DNA from: Phoronis australis
Taxonomy: Eukaryota > Animalia > Phoronida
Length of the DNA stretch: 64,000 nt
Direction: 5' to 3'
Assembly: GCA_002633005.1 (NCBI GenBank)
Contig: NMRA01000175.1
Coordinates: forward strand, 503,831 to 567,830
The notes beneath the pieces were generated by a model. The model had not been told where the DNA came from. It saw only the letters and a list, made by a program, of their open reading frames with translations, and searched no databases. The translations under genes were made by a program, and so were the position numbers. Shown in pieces: positions 22,901 through 36,873 of this stretch; positions within the stretch are counted from its first letter, which is position 1; every line of letters begins with the position of its first letter.

Positions 22901-25900
22901 CCAGGAGAGTTCAGAAGTATTGGAATTAACTAGGCCCATATCCGGGTAACAATTTTCGAAGTGCTTAGTAATTTACAGACCTACGTAAATCTCGCCTAAT
23001 TATCATTGTTTTTAATTTCGGCATTTTAACGTTATTTGAATGGGTCCACAACTTCCAAATGACGTCACACTAAACAAGCGAATTGTCATATGTTATTGTG
23101 ATTTCCCACACAATATAGACCCATTTTGCAAGTTCGACTAAAAACGACGTCGCAGCGCTTTGGCGGACATTTCACCCTTGCACGGACCCGGATGTCTCGC
23201 TTTTTATAGCAGTCCGGTGCAGGGAAATCTTTCCAGGTGAGGTACTTTTTGTGTTGTAAAATTTAATTGCAAGAAACGTTTTTTGCATGAAAATTCAAAA
23301 TAATCATAATGACAAAAAAGACGAAGAAATACAAATCTTAAATAAAATAAGAGGAAATCGAAACGAAAAAAAGAGGAAATCCCCTTTAAAAGAGGAAAAC
23401 TCCAAACCCTGTTATTGGGATGTCTCGCTTTTTTAATCCAACTGCCCTGTGGTTTCCTTCGACACTATATTCTGCTTTTACAAAACTTAAATTCGTGCAT
23501 ACAACGAAAAATAAATTGTTTTTCTTTTAGTCCTTAACTAAAAAAATTACCCTAACTAAAGTCGAAAGCTGTAAAAATCTAAATACACGTTATAAAATAA
23601 TTGACTTGTAAAACAATAACAATGATCATCCAACTTGTTACAAGAAACATAATAATCCAATTGATTTATTAATTAGAAGGCATTTAGACAAAATTACAAA
23701 ATTCAAAATACTTAAACTGAATGAAGGCAGACAGCAACCATTACATTTGAGCTCACCTGGCAAATTACAACCACAAAAACGCCCCAGAGATTTTATCTCT
23801 AGAGGCTGAGGGCAAGTATATGCAGATGCATCATAATATCAACTCAATTTTGGTTCTTTTCAGCGTTCCAAAGTGACAGGCAAAGATTAAACATTTAGTA
23901 CTGTTAAGTTGTTAATTCATTAATTCAAAACTTTTCTTTCAAGACTTGGTTGACTTGCTTAATCCCGGGTGTAGGTGTAGCTGAAGGTTTTTGACCATAT
24001 AAAATTACAGTAATATTTTCCTCAACCACAAGCGCAACAAAAATGGTCTTTTGAGTGACCCTAAATCTACAGCAGATATTGCTATCAGGTTGTCTTTAAA
24101 ATAGATTCGTTTTTCCTCGGCCAACCTCACTAGAGAGATGGTAAGTCCGTAGGTAAACCACTACTTTTCTCTTTTTCAGTTTCTGGGCACACATACTTTT
24201 GTTGCAGAAACAGAAATCTTTCTTTAGAATTAAAAAAATAATCTTGTCCTATTGTCAGTGGGTAGCAAACAAGAGGAAACAAACTTCAGCTCACTTCAGA
24301 CCCAACACATTTTCACACCAAGTTTCAAATTTTCTAGAATTTTCTCTTATGCTCATTCCAATATTTGCGTACATGAAAGCAACTGCTTTGGATACTTTAT
24401 CACAGAAAACTTTGACAGAGCTTAAAAAACAGTACAGACTTTAACAATAGTGCAAGGAATGTGACATGTAACTGATTGGGCAGACTTAGACACCAAGAAA
24501 CGCACTCTCCAGGCAGATATAATGGGTAAGTCATGTATAGATCCACAGCCAGGTTTTGCCAAAAGTGCTTTAAATGCTGCCATTAATATTTCATCATCTT
24601 CAACGATCATTATACATGCAAAAATGGTAATCAAGCAATCTTCTATCACAAGAAAGAAAATAATATCTGGTGTTGTTCCCTGCTCATGTAGGAATTGGTA
24701 ATGTCAAAAGCAACGAACTGATTATATTTCTCTGATTCACCCAGCTAAAACTTGTCTCCTAAGCAATGCCCATTAAAAACCACACCAGCAGATAATGATA
24801 ATGATTGAGTATGCCTGGAATCATTGTCAAACAATAGATTAATTAGCCACAGTCGAGATAAGAGAATTTGCTGAAATTTGATGACAATATCGCGGAACTT
24901 ATCATCTAGAACTTTTTGCTTTATATTCAGTTCCATGAAGTTTTGAAACTTGTGGGAAAGTAGGTTATATTTTTGCATTCTCATTTTTGGAAACTGAGTT
25001 GAAGGAATAGAACAAAGTTGTTTCACATGTTTAAAAGGCACTTGAATTAAATATTAGCTAATGAATACAAGGTTATGTGACCTTATAAATGGCAATAAAG
25101 CCTTGATTTACACAAATATTGGATAATGATGTAGGACAGAACACCATCGGTGTGTGTAGTCACAATGCAGGAAATACAATGTATAACTAAATAGCAACTT
25201 ATGAAGGAACATTAATTCTGGTCTTCACCACCTTTTGACCACAAGTATGGTGGACAAGTCAATTTAATTTTGTTGAACTGCAAAAATAATGATCGAGATT
25301 TTTTTCTTATTGCCTGGTATTAGCTTGGAATGTACTGTGTGGACCTGACGAAGCAACAATTGACAAAGTTTTCCTTATTTGCAGTGAAGTAATGAGTCTT
25401 TGAAAAAGAGAAAAATGTCAATTTTCCCAATGGCTTTTGTGCAAATTAAGTGAAGGATTACAGTATCATTGTACAACCAAAAACCATTGTGCTGTTAAAT
25501 AGTGTTACAGATCAACCTCAACAATGTGTATCCCCATCACACTGCACAACAGACAATACATTTACAGCAATGCAACTCGTACATAATTCCCACACGTGTT
25601 TTCAATTTCCAAAAGTTTGCATGATTTTTCCAGAATTGAATTTTTGTTCCCATAATAATTTTCCCACAAACAAAATTAACGTGTGGCAATTTAATTTTTT
25701 TGCTCTTGCATTGCCTAAGATGCACGGACCCGCATCAGGACTGTTTTACCTATATAATTGTCTATTAGTTTCCTACCATCTTGTAACCTCAGTTTCAATT
25801 CACCTGACTTCCTGAGCACAGACTTCCAGGTTTTCCGATTATGAGTGAGAATCAAGTTGAATGGGAACCTACTTTATATCACTCAGCAAAACAACATCAT

Positions 25901-26073
25901 ATCATATTTAGATAGCCTCACATAACAGTGTGCAAGTACAGAACAATCCTAAAGATAATATCAGACTATCCATAGACCGAGGATGAGCAAAATTTCCCTG
26001 ACCAAGGCAACATTTCTCTTGCAAGGTCCACATTGCCTGAAATTCTCCACTGCTCGGTCGATACATGATTTAT

Positions 26074-26354
26074 TACACAACCACTGAGATGCTTTAGCCA
26101 AGTGATTTCTTCATTTCTTACGGCACATTTTCACAAGCGTTGATTTACTATTATCATCAGTTTGCTTTGTTTATGCAGTCATGAGAGTGGTTTTTGTTGC
26201 CTGTACTTGGTCAATTCGTTCACAAATAGCGACATCTATCATCTGATTGGTTTGAATTAAAAATAATATTGCCCGGCCAGGCAACATCACTTCATAACAG
26301 AACTCATCATAATGCATTTTAGCCACAAAACATAAGATTCTCAGTGGTTGTGTA
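26074..26354. mobile_element. Small TIR element immediately downstream of the protease stop codon
   Basis: tacacaaccactgaga (26074) and its exact reverse complement tctcagtggttgtgta (26339-26354). Confidence 0.6.
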
Positions 26355-26367
26355 GTAATACATAACA

Positions 26368-26552
26368 TTACATGTTTACAAAAGTAGGTGAAGTGGCCAC
26401 ACCACAGTTGTTATCCTTCCAAGACATCAGCACATAGCCAACATTACCCCAATTAGTTGACCATGAGTTCTTCACCAGCCAATAGGCTTGTCCGTTCATC
26501 ACTCCGTACCCAACGGCTAACACAGCATGGTCCAAATCATCTTCTGTGTTAC
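26368..26552 (-). CDS. Cysteine protease last exon (catalytic His and Asn)
   Basis: [11 protein letters not shown]...[17 protein letters not shown]...NNCGVA, then TAA. Confidence 0.95.
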
Positions 26553-29500
26553 CTAATAACAACAACTCAATGGTTTTAAAACGAACTTTTCCATACCGGA
26601 TTTTTTGGGGTTTATTTGTAGCGTCAAGTATACTTCTTTTTAACTACAAATTCTTATTTATTCTTTCAAATTTTTAGACAAGCGCATTGTTGAGTTGAAG
26701 TAGAGTTGTCCAAAAGGACAACTAAGTGTTTGTGCTGCTAGGGAAAGTGGAAGTGAACACCGTGGCATTTTAGAGGGTATGTGAACAGAGTAAAAGCTTG
26801 GTTGACATGAAGTCAGGTTGACATGAGCCGTACTCTGGTGATTCATTGAACCTATGCAATACTAATCTATAGTAAATCAATGTCTTGTCATCTTCGCATT
26901 TTTGTTGCATCATTCAGTCTGTGGATATCACTTTTTCTGGTATTTTTAGACACTTAACAAATGAAACTGGCATGTACTACTGTTGTAATTGTCAAAATTG
27001 ATTTTCATATTTTCCATTCAACAAATTTGTCGGTGACTGCATCTTTCCTTTGGCATAATCTCCAGCAAAGACTCTAAAAGTGAATGTTGCTGAAGACAAT
27101 TTTTTAATGAGTCCTTCAGCGAATAATGTTAAAAATCTTGTTACTGAAACCATTCGTTGAAGCCACTGAGCAACAAAGACCATTCTTAAACTAAAGCGAC
27201 CATAAACCCATGTTCCGTCCATGAAGCAAACTTTTCATTTAGACCACATACCGCTATAAAAATAGTCTCGACTCGTTAGTTACTAGGATAAGTGATTTCT
27301 GGGTTTGCAAAGAATTAACTGTTCGTTAATCCTTGAAATCTTACTCAGCACATAAAATGACACATTGTGACAAGCCTGCTTCTAGACACTGGTCTGAAGC
27401 AATTATGAACTGTAAAAGCCCTGAAATGGCCTACATTGTGAACACGGAACAATCTGAGACTAATTTCATAATGGTTAGTGGGCTAAACCAGAAGTTGAAT
27501 TTTGTGATCATTGAAAATGGGTTTATAACCCCTTTAAATAACTAAACTCTTACGGTGATGCTTTTTAAATCTGCCATTCTCAACTTACCACAAGCTGGAT
27601 CATAGTAAACACCATCCGAGTAGAAACTGAACGAACGGTGAGATGCGTCAATTGCCACGGAGACGGGTCCCTCGTGGGCAATGGCCATCTTCAGAGCCTG
27701 CTGGTCACCCGGGGTAACGTTAACATAACCAGTAATCGAAGCTCCAATCGTGGCATTTTTAAAGTGGCAGTATCCATCCTATATGATATCACAACACACT
27801 GCAGTCAGTATTTTTCAAACAAGCTGACAACGTTGAAACTCCACGAAACTTCAGCGCACAAAACCACCATTAAATAGCCAGTTCTGTTTGACCTGAAGCT
27901 ATTTCAGTCTTGACTAAATCGTGACATAATATCGACAGGCATTGGCCCTTATGCCTTGTCAAAACTGCGACAACTTAGCACTTGTAAGTCCATTTTACAA
28001 GTAAACAACTAGCCGCTAGATGCAATGTCACATCAAATCCAGACTAAAGCTCAATTTAATTGATATTTTATTGCAACAAAAGTTTAATTGCCAAATAACT
28101 CTCGCAAGAAATTTGTCCATGTTTGACAGATACTTGGCGGAGTTCTGTCTAGTCTGTTTTGAAAACTACTGCAATCTACCAAATTGAATGCTGTCAATAT
28201 ACTTACTCAGTCTACTTTACATTATCAGCAGAATATGACATACAGTAAGGCTTTACACTGTTATGGCTAAAAGCAAAATATAAAAGAAATTAATTTCTTC
28301 CGAGTAAATTCGAGGTCATGTCTACGATTTTGAAGCAAGTCAGAACATTGAGCATTTCAACCGCATGCTCCTTTGTCAACTTATTTCATCAAAACTCATC
28401 AGGTCATTTTGAAATATATAACCCACAAGAACATGTACAAAATGATCCACAGGGGACCTAAAATACTTCACTTTGGCTGGAAGTGCTGTATGACTGAAAG
28501 TATTCATTCACAGGTAAGAAATACTTACCTGACCAAGGTAAAGCCCATACGATTCTTCTGTGGGCAGGCCATGTTTCATGATCCACTGGTACGAGCGGAA
28601 GTCCTCGCCGCCATCACAGGCATTGTTACCCTCACCCCAGGAACAGTCCATCAACGCCTGCTGCGAGAGTCTCACTTGATGGCCTTTCTGTAGCAGCAAT
28701 TAAAAAAAAATTCTTGGTCACATATCAATTATTAGTGGTGTGGTTATGTGCTTCACTTGTAATACATGGCAACATCTCAAGAAGTTTTGCGCATTGGCGA
28801 GGTCCTCGCCTCTACAGAAGACACAAGTTGTCAAGTGTTGACACTTGTATTTCACAGTGGGTAAATACCTACGCGAGTGGTGTTGTGTTATTTCAGGACA
28901 GGCCAACTGACGGCTCGTCATTTCCAAAAACAGCATAGCTGGACATGGAGTAGCAAATTAGTTTTTAAGCAGTGATTTATGCAACATCCTCCCATAAGCC
29001 TGTCATGAAAACAAGCAAAGTTGATATGCTTGAACATTGCGAGTGAATACCGTGAGGAAGAGTTTGCCCTCTACTGTGCCTGTAGTTCCAAAACTCCAGC
29101 AAGATCCGCAAACAGCCTGGTCTTTCACCGGTGTTACAGCACCTGAAATGCACAACTGACACTAGCAAGGGGAATACGATTATGCAAACATAATGACAAG
29201 TATTGAAGTTTTCCTCAGTTACAGTACAAGACAAAAGTAATCAGACACCGTTGTCCTGTCATGATGTCTAATTCTACCGACAGCAAAATTACTAGTAATA
29301 CCTATTATGGTGGCCTAGTCACATGACTAACTTTTCTTTTGTTTCCCCTTCATTCTTGGTCATCAGAAAGGCTGCTCTAACGATGAATTCGGCTTCTGCC
29401 CAGCCATCATGACAGGTAAGTCCGAGTCATTTTTGTCTGAATACTCTTGGCTTGTATTGTTATTCTTAACCAGAATGAAAACAGACTGAGTATATTTAAC

Positions 29501-32500
29501 ACTGTCTACTGCATTGTGAATCACTTAGCCAATGACAACAAAATGTTTCACCAATTAGGAGAGCTTTTTTCTCTGTTGCACCAAAATTCCAAAAAGCAAA
29601 ATACCAAAATAGCCTCTTCTAAGCTGTGAAGAAAAAAACAAAGGTCACGGAATGGAGGCACCACTGACAGCGCTGGGAACGCAGAAAAAACATGCACTCA
29701 CGAATACTTCTGTTCAAGTTCTGAAAGTACTTTATTGTTTGCCTTGCAACACACTACAACAAAAATTGGGTTGTTTTGAACAGACACGTTTTGTTAACTT
29801 TCATGAATGCAGTCACCACTGCTTTTCTGGTGGAGAGGCAGCATGTTGGTAAATATGGCAGTTACTCTAGCAACTCTTGCTCGTTACAGATGTTCCATGA
29901 ATTGCCCACGCAACACGTTCACTATGCATAAAGCATGTTAGTTTGTGCAATAGTCTCTTATGCCATTTGGTAGACAGGAAAAATAAACATGTACCACTTG
30001 GTATGCACGAAAGTCAAATATATGCAATTTGGTATGCAAAAAAGTCAAAGATTTGCCATTTGGAACGCAAGAAAGTCTACAGTGTAATTTGGTAGGCAAG
30101 CAAGACAAACACGTGGAAGAGGTTTGCGCGAAGGTTAAAGGATACCTTCTAAAAGTTTGTATTTAAAGCACATTAAGTTTGATTACTTGGATTCCATGTG
30201 GCTACAGTGCGCAGAGTGGAAATAAAATACTCAAATTGGATGGCTCCTCTACAAAGCAAGTACAAGGTGATACAATCAAGATAGAGTTTAAACTAGATGA
30301 GCTTCACATCCAAAACTAGTGCATCACAATTAAATCTAATTCTGATGCACCAAAATTATAATCCAAACAATGGTGTTACGAGATCAACTGGGCATTAAGG
30401 ATTTGATCCGCTCAAAATTCCACAACTGATTTTATCTCCAAGCAAATAGCTTTGCGTAAAGATTCTAAACTGTAACCTTAAAGTTTCCAAAAGGTTTTTG
30501 GATTTTAAGCCAATTCAGGAGTGACCTTAACGACTAAAAGAAGCACTCCGCCGTTGTTTAGGGAGTTAATAACATTACCACGCTCACTTGACCTTGAAAT
30601 GTTGTTGAATGTGCTGGCAATTTAAGTTACAAGCAATGCATATGTCACGCACCATTTTCAAATTTTACAATTTTAGGGTTAGCTAACCCTAATAAACACT
30701 GAAGTTGGTTTCTCGAGTCACTAATGGTTTCAAAAAGAAATCCCATAACAGTAGGAAATATTTATGGGACCATTTGTTCAGAGTAAAAGCACTTAGCCAG
30801 CTAAAGAAGATGAAATGCAGATCTAAGCAATCAAAATCCCAAAGAACTTTCAGATTTACTAAATCATTTAGGATTTATGTAGGATGTTATGTTCAAGCCT
30901 GTGTAGTCACCCAAATAGACTTTAACTCAGTAAAATTATATAAATTCAGAAAGCCGATTTTTCTTACTTATACCAATCTGAATCTGTGTTGTTAGTAATA
31001 TTTAGCATATTTAGGAGCATTTGCAAAAAAATGACGGTATCAAGAATATTGGGTAAATTTTGTTTGATATAAATGTTCAAGATGAAATCTCAAAAACACT
31101 GTTACAGTTTTCCAAATTTTTTTTTATTTGCATTTTAAGCAATTTTTTTATAAGAATCATAAAAGTCCTATTTTATTTTTAATACTCCCTCATACATAAG
31201 TAGTTTCTGAGATATGATGTTCCGAAGTTGGCCAAATTTGGACTATTTTTCTAGGGTCCCACATAACCTTTAATGCAGTGCTGAGAAGAGCAAACATAAG
31301 AATTTTCATCACATGATTTTACATTGTGCAGCACACAGAAAATCCCAAGTTAACAAAAAGATGCCACACCGAGTAGCAAAGTCAGACAAGAATTCAACCG
31401 AAATTCACTTCAAAATTCGTGGTGACTACCAAATTGAATTAAACTTAAAACTAATAATAAACATTTTTTTCAAAGATTCAATACCTTTGGTTCACAATGG
31501 TTCCGTTTATGTCATGAAATCAGTGCATTTGACACACTAACCATCACATATGAAACACATGCTCAAATTACAACAGGAAGTAAAGAGATGGAAGTCCCAA
31601 TTGTTTGGCAAAAATTGGGTAAGGTCAGACCATGGACACACGCCTCCAGTGTTTTCCGTTCGTCTGAGTTCTCCGTTGGTAAGGGGGATTGTGTTAGACT
31701 GACATTATATTTATGGGAGAAATGAAAGAGGTATGCGTAATGTTGAATAATGGCGACAGCGGCGTGGCACATTTTTTTGCTCCCCGAGTTCGGACCTGAG
31801 GTTTAGCGGTTTCTGTTTTCATACAGCAACCCAGGATTTCCGTTAAGTCACATTTGGTGAGTTGGCGTTAAGCTAAGCGTCAAGCACTGGTAATTTATCA
31901 GCACCATGAGTTGACAGTTCTCTCACCATACAGCCTCCAGTCAATCTGATCAGGTAGGTCTCTCCCTGTGTATTTAGCCTTTAGGAAGGGCAGTCCACCA
32001 TGATGGCCCTTGGTCTTCCTGTAACCGTTCAACATTTGTCTCTCACTGTCCGACCAGTCGGCAATATGGTTAAGTTTGACGCGATAACCAAGATTGGCTC
32101 GGTTGGTAGAGTGGACGAATCTGAAACATGATGACAAGGAAAATATGTGTTTACTTGTTTAGTGTCATTCTTTTACACATTTTTCACAATCTCGTTTTTC
32201 TTTGTATACAAGAAATATGACCGTTGTGGAAGAACACTGAGTGACAGCAAATCTGTCTGTTGAAGCAATCAATGAGCTCCATTCAGTTTATGGTTTTGAC
32301 GTCAGTAATAAGGAATGCTATCTCACCGATTTAAAAAACAAAACAAAAGATTACATCCCAAAACAAAATTGGCATTTTACAACAAACAGAAGTTACTAAT
32401 GGCACTGTCCTTAGTTATCCGTTATTCAACAATATCAATACCTGGTGTTGTGTCGGAAGTAGTTTTTCCTCGTCTCGTGTTCCTTGTGCGACTTGTATGT

Positions 32501-35500
32501 CCTTTTGTGGGTAGACTTGAACTCTTCAAACATTGGATGAACATGCCTGTCATCAGAGTGAATGTACTCTCTCATGGGGTTGTTCATTACATGGTGTTTG
32601 TAGTTACCAGGCCCAGGGAACCCTCCGCAGTGAATCTCTGTAAAAAAAGTTAGTTGCTGATTTATAAAGCTGGACCCTGCACAAACCAGGGCCCCGTGGG
32701 GCAGCTCAATAATGTGGCACCCAGGGTAGGGAGTGAAAGTCATGGAAAGGTGAGAAAGTACAAGAAATCTTAATTAGACGTAATAAGTATAATACAACCA
32801 CAGCAATATTAATGCTGCTAGTATTTAGTACAGCTAATATTCATTATTGTAATATTATCGTCATTATCAATGTTATTATCATTATTGAAGAATTATAGCT
32901 TAAAAAGAAGCATTATCGAAGAGAACAAACTAATTTTGTTTTTTCTGCGTCATAATAAAATAAAGTTAAGGAGTGCCTTTGAATTGTTCCATTCAATATT
33001 GGAATTTTCAAAAGTCACCTTAAACCTGACAGCTCACAGACAAAATTTTGTACAGAAATTGGAGATGGTTACGAAATCATTGATTACAATGACCAAAAGT
33101 CAGTTTGTTACACTGATGGCTCTAAACTTGACAACAGACAGTCGGGATCAGGAATCTACTTTCCAGACCAGGTGACAACAAAAAAGCTGGATCTCACTGG
33201 GTAACACCTATACAGACTTTCAGGCTGAAATTGTCACCATTCACTGGGCTGCCCAACTGGCAAGAGAGCATGAAGCAGTCCTTGGTAACAAAGAACTCTT
33301 CATACTCTCAGACAGCCAAGCAACTATTAAAGCCCTAAGCCCAAGATCAATTCCCGTTGTGTCCAGGCCTGTGTAAACAAGCTTAACAGCTGGTAGAGCT
33401 GTAATGTTCATATGAACCGAGTTAAAGCCCATGTTGGCATTGACGGTAACGAGGCTGCTGACAAACTTGCAAAAGAAGAAGCAAGTACACCTTGTTTTAT
33501 ATCATAACCTTGCTTACCAGTTGCCGATAGGTGTTGCAAAGCAAAGGTAAGACACTGGATGCGCAAACTGTCCGTGGATGCATGGAGAAAGCTCTCCGTC
33601 TGCAGACAAACCAAACAAATATTTCCAAGTCCTTGAACCAACAGGTTCAAAGAAACTGTTATGTTTAGATAGGCTTGCTACCAGCCACGTCATCCACGTT
33701 ATTACTGAACACTGCAACTTAGCTCGGCACCATAACAACACAGGCCACATGGCATGTTCATATTGTCCCACCTGTGGCCTGGAGGCCAAGACTCCTCAAC
33801 ATCCAGTTGAGATTTTCCCATCCTACATTAGACACGGTTCTACAACTTGAACACATAAACTGCCTGATTGACACTGCTAGTTCATTCAGGTTTAACAGTC
33901 TTTCTATCTTTCTGGAACAAACAGGCAGATTGGAGAATTTTACCCAGGAGGAAACAGATGGCGTCGCGTCCCCATGAGTCATAATCAGATGATTAGTGTA
34001 ATAATCCCAGCCTTGCAGCCTAAGCATGCCTGATGTACCTCAAAAGGCATCAGGCCAACTACACTCTTTCTTGTTTTAAACGTGAAAGCTGTTTTATTAT
34101 ACGATATAGGCAGATTATGTAGTTATACACCCACCAGTGGCTACCACATCTGTTGTGATAAATCCCAATATTGACCAGTCATACCACCGTATTGAATGGT
34201 TCTATGGTAACTAAAGGAAGTTTTAAAAACTTTAAAAAACTTTTTGTGATTAGAAGTAATGCAAATCCCATCGTGATTTGATCTTAGGATCTTATGTTCA
34301 CAAGACACTACTTTACTGCTGCACGCCCACCATGTCATATTGCATCACAGTGAGAACACAGAAAAACAACGAAAGGTCTGTAATAGTTGTATTGAATAGA
34401 ACAAGTTGGGTGTCGTTTCCAGTGGATTTTGGTAGACCCCGACTTTTTGGGGACTTTTGTCTCGTTTTCTACTTTTTTCGGAGTTTTTGTTTCCCTGAGG
34501 CGGACCTTTTTGCCCACTTCGCCAAATGGGGGAGCCCTCCCTGGGTGTGCACATGCTGAAGATAAATTTAGAATGACCAGGATACAAAACATGTTTTGAG
34601 TTTATGAGATCTGAAGTGAAATCTTACTTTGGAATGGATCTGTGAAAATCGTCTTTTTGGGTTTCTTGATTTGAAAGTTGGAATAGTCGATGTAGTATCT
34701 GTCGTAGTGCGAGCCAATCAAAGAGTCGAAGCCAATCATCTCATAGCGAACAGGTGTTGCAGTACCATTGGACATTTGAAGGTACATCGTGTACGTATTC
34801 TTCTTCCTTCCAACTATTGTCACATTCTGCCACACCTGGCAATGTTTGTTGTCATTGCAAGGGGAGTCATCACTGATTTTCTGAAATCCAGTGTAAAAAA
34901 AAATGAAAATATGTAACAAAATGGGTAACGGCATTAAACACCATATCATAACCATTACTGTCACTATCATTAGTATTATGGTTGCTATTGTCATTTTTTT
35001 TTCGTTTTCAGAAGCTCACTATATTGTCAAAAATCTTCAAAGATTTCACCTTGGGGTTTATTGGTGACAACCATGCTACATAAAGTTTCAAAGCAAAATT
35101 ATCTTCTTGGAATGTTTACTCGTGTTGAAAATTCCAATATAATATAATTTTATTGTTCCGTCATGTTGTGTTCTAATTTGAAGAAACCCACTCACAGTAC
35201 GAACATGGAATTTCGAAACGTACAATAATTTTTTAATTCCAGCCCAGTTTGAATTTTTTGTTGTGAAGTGATGATAGGCTTATACCAGAGTGGTTACAAT
35301 TTGTAGTTTCTCAATAGAAGGCCAATTACAGCAGTTTTCATTTCAAATACAAAACTTCGACTAAACTCACCGCAAACTGGGTCAAATCGGGTAGAACTGA
35401 CTGGATGCCCATTGAACTATTAACCGTACCATTCACAAGGAAGCACGTCTTAACGTTAGTAACAGTCTCAGTTGTCATTGGCGCCACCTTGTAGGACTGG

Positions 35501-36873
35501 CCATATTTAACATCTCCCCGTTGAACGGTCTGTACCATGTCTAAGAAAAAAGACAATTAACCTTTACTAGCCTCAACAACCACTGGACATGTTTTCTCAT
35601 AGCTATCTAAAAAGCTGATCAGTTTTTAATGCTGTTATCATTCTCGCAGATGTCATTCAAGATGCTACATTCACACACCCTTTGTCATTAAACTAACTTT
35701 TGACTCTGGCCATGTATCACTGCAATTTAAACTGGTCTCAGTTTATTCATCACTCACTCCGGAAGTGACTTGTGAAATCATACTCTGCCCATATCAAGGC
35801 AACTTTTTGAGTCAAGTTTCAATCAATAATGGGCAGTCAATTCTTCCAAGCTGACCAAGGAACGAGTAGCTCAGATCAGGTTTGATTCCCAGAAAAGTGG
35901 CCTAAATCAATTTTTTGAATTTGTAGAAATTTAACTAATGCAGTCGCGTTCTGCTTTGTTTATTAAATAGTAAGACTTAGTTTACTGGCCTAAAGATCAA
36001 CTTTGGGCATCAAATAACAAGCGAACAGCAACAATTATGGTAAATTCTCACCATTTTAAGAAACAAATGAAACTTTATTTTTTATTTTTTTAATGGAAGG
36101 TGCGTCACAATAAAGAAATGCTTTTCTGTACCATAGTAACCATCAGATAATACTTTGAGAAATTACAGGCATTCATAGAAGCTTTTAAAAATGAAAAGAG
36201 GACTATTTTATAATTTTTTGTTGGAGGTTGGTTAGACATAAGCATACTGGGGTAGAAGGGTAGATGCTTCTCCAGCTTCAGGTAAAGGAGCACCTTAAAG
36301 TGAATCGGATAATCTACCAGTGTTACAAACTGCCAATAGACACAACACGAGGACAGTGAAGTAGTTACGCATCTTAGAGAATTGAATAGATCAAGATGTG
36401 ATGCTTTCCTGACATTCACCGATGAATTGTAGACGAGGAAACAATAGCAGAATTAGCAGTGCTGCTGTCAAGCAAATTGCTTTTGGCACGTTTGGTTGAA
36501 TCGTACAAATTTTCATATCAAATGCATGTTTGACATGGAATTCCATATCAAATGCGCACTTGATACAGAAGAGAAGTTGTTTCCTATCCGACCATTTGCT
36601 AACACACATATCTCACAGTCATATTGTAAGATGCATAGGATAATATTGTACAGTTTGCCAATCACTTGACAATAGTACCTCCATAGTAGTCGATGCGGCT
36701 CATGTTGGCATCACCATCATAGTAAGCATAGAATGGCTCTTTGATCTCTGCATAGGGCAGTTGTAGTACACCTGATACAATATAGGTACGACTCCACTTT
36801 GGAGGATCCACTTTAGAGTTGGTCCACAGTCCTTGCGACATCGCCATGACAACATCAGCCCCAGACACCAAAC
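26368..36873 (-). CDS. 26-29-p: 26/29-kDa proteinase-like cysteine protease (cathepsin L-like, papain family C1A, long N-terminal extension; often annotated digestive cysteine proteinase / counting factor associated protein D-like)
   Basis: Phase-consistent exons on -: 36679-36873, 35371-35540, 34628-34880, 32442-32637, 31927-32120, 29051-29142, 28529-28687, 27589-27778, 26368-26552. The N-terminal motifs [35 protein letters not shown] and CGGFPGPG are typical of the 26/29-kDa proteinase. The propeptide is ERFNIN-like ([20 protein letters not shown]). Catalytic motifs [22 protein letters not shown] and WLVKNSW are intact. Confidence 0.93.
27589..27778 (-). CDS. Cysteine protease exon (DGYCHF...[27 protein letters not shown])
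   Basis: [10 protein letters not shown] motif, translated by hand; canonical sites. Confidence 0.95.
28529..28687 (-). CDS. Cysteine protease exon ([30 protein letters not shown])
   Basis: ORF 28508..28699; canonical sites. Confidence 0.95.
29051..29142 (-). CDS. Cysteine protease exon with catalytic Cys ([22 protein letters not shown])
   Basis: Papain QxxCGSCW motif, translated by hand. Confidence 0.96.
29960..30105. repeat. ~31-bp degenerate tandem repeat
   Basis: Recurrent ...atttggtatgcaxgaaagtcaaa... units. Confidence 0.65.
31927..32120 (-). CDS. Cysteine protease exon, propeptide end (LNHIADW...[11 protein letters not shown])
   Basis: LPxxxDWR motif marking the start of the mature enzyme. 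Confidence 0.95.
32442..32637 (-). CDS. Cysteine protease exon (CGGFPGPG...[12 protein letters not shown]...)
   Basis: Start of the I29 inhibitor propeptide; canonical sites. Confidence 0.93.
33060..34070 (+). mobile_element. 5'-truncated, frameshifted non-LTR retrotransposon with RNase H (LOA/I-group-like), antisense in a protease intron
   Basis: YTDGSK (33109), [19 protein letters not shown] and [19 protein letters not shown] cover the RNase H DEDD motifs. They are followed by the zinc knuckle TEHCNLARH...CPTC...TPQH, with stops and frameshifts. 3' stem-loop gcctgatg...catcaggc. Confidence 0.85.
34318..34556 (-). mobile_element. MITE family A copy
   Basis: Contains the reverse complement of ccccatttggcgaagtgggcaaaaaggtcc, shared with the copies at 53933 and 58065; ends ctgggtgtgcacatg. 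Confidence 0.7.
34628..34880 (-). CDS. Cysteine protease exon, N-terminal extension (KKNTYTMY...[20 protein letters not shown])
   Basis: Motif typical of the 26/29-kDa proteinase; canonical sites. Confidence 0.92.
35371..35540 (-). CDS. Cysteine protease exon, N-terminal extension ([23 protein letters not shown]...QSVLPDL)
   Basis: ORF 35338..35556; canonical sites; phases fit. Confidence 0.92.
36679..36873 (-). CDS. Cysteine protease exon, N-terminal extension ([25 protein letters not shown]...)
   Basis: ORF 36662..36955; cattccag acceptor, gtacta donor. Confidence 0.9.

Noticed and set aside
24199-25815. Several 60-120 aa ORFs between the convergent genes
   Set aside because: No motifs, no consistent splice chain, frequent stops; possibly very old transposon debris that I cannot assign.
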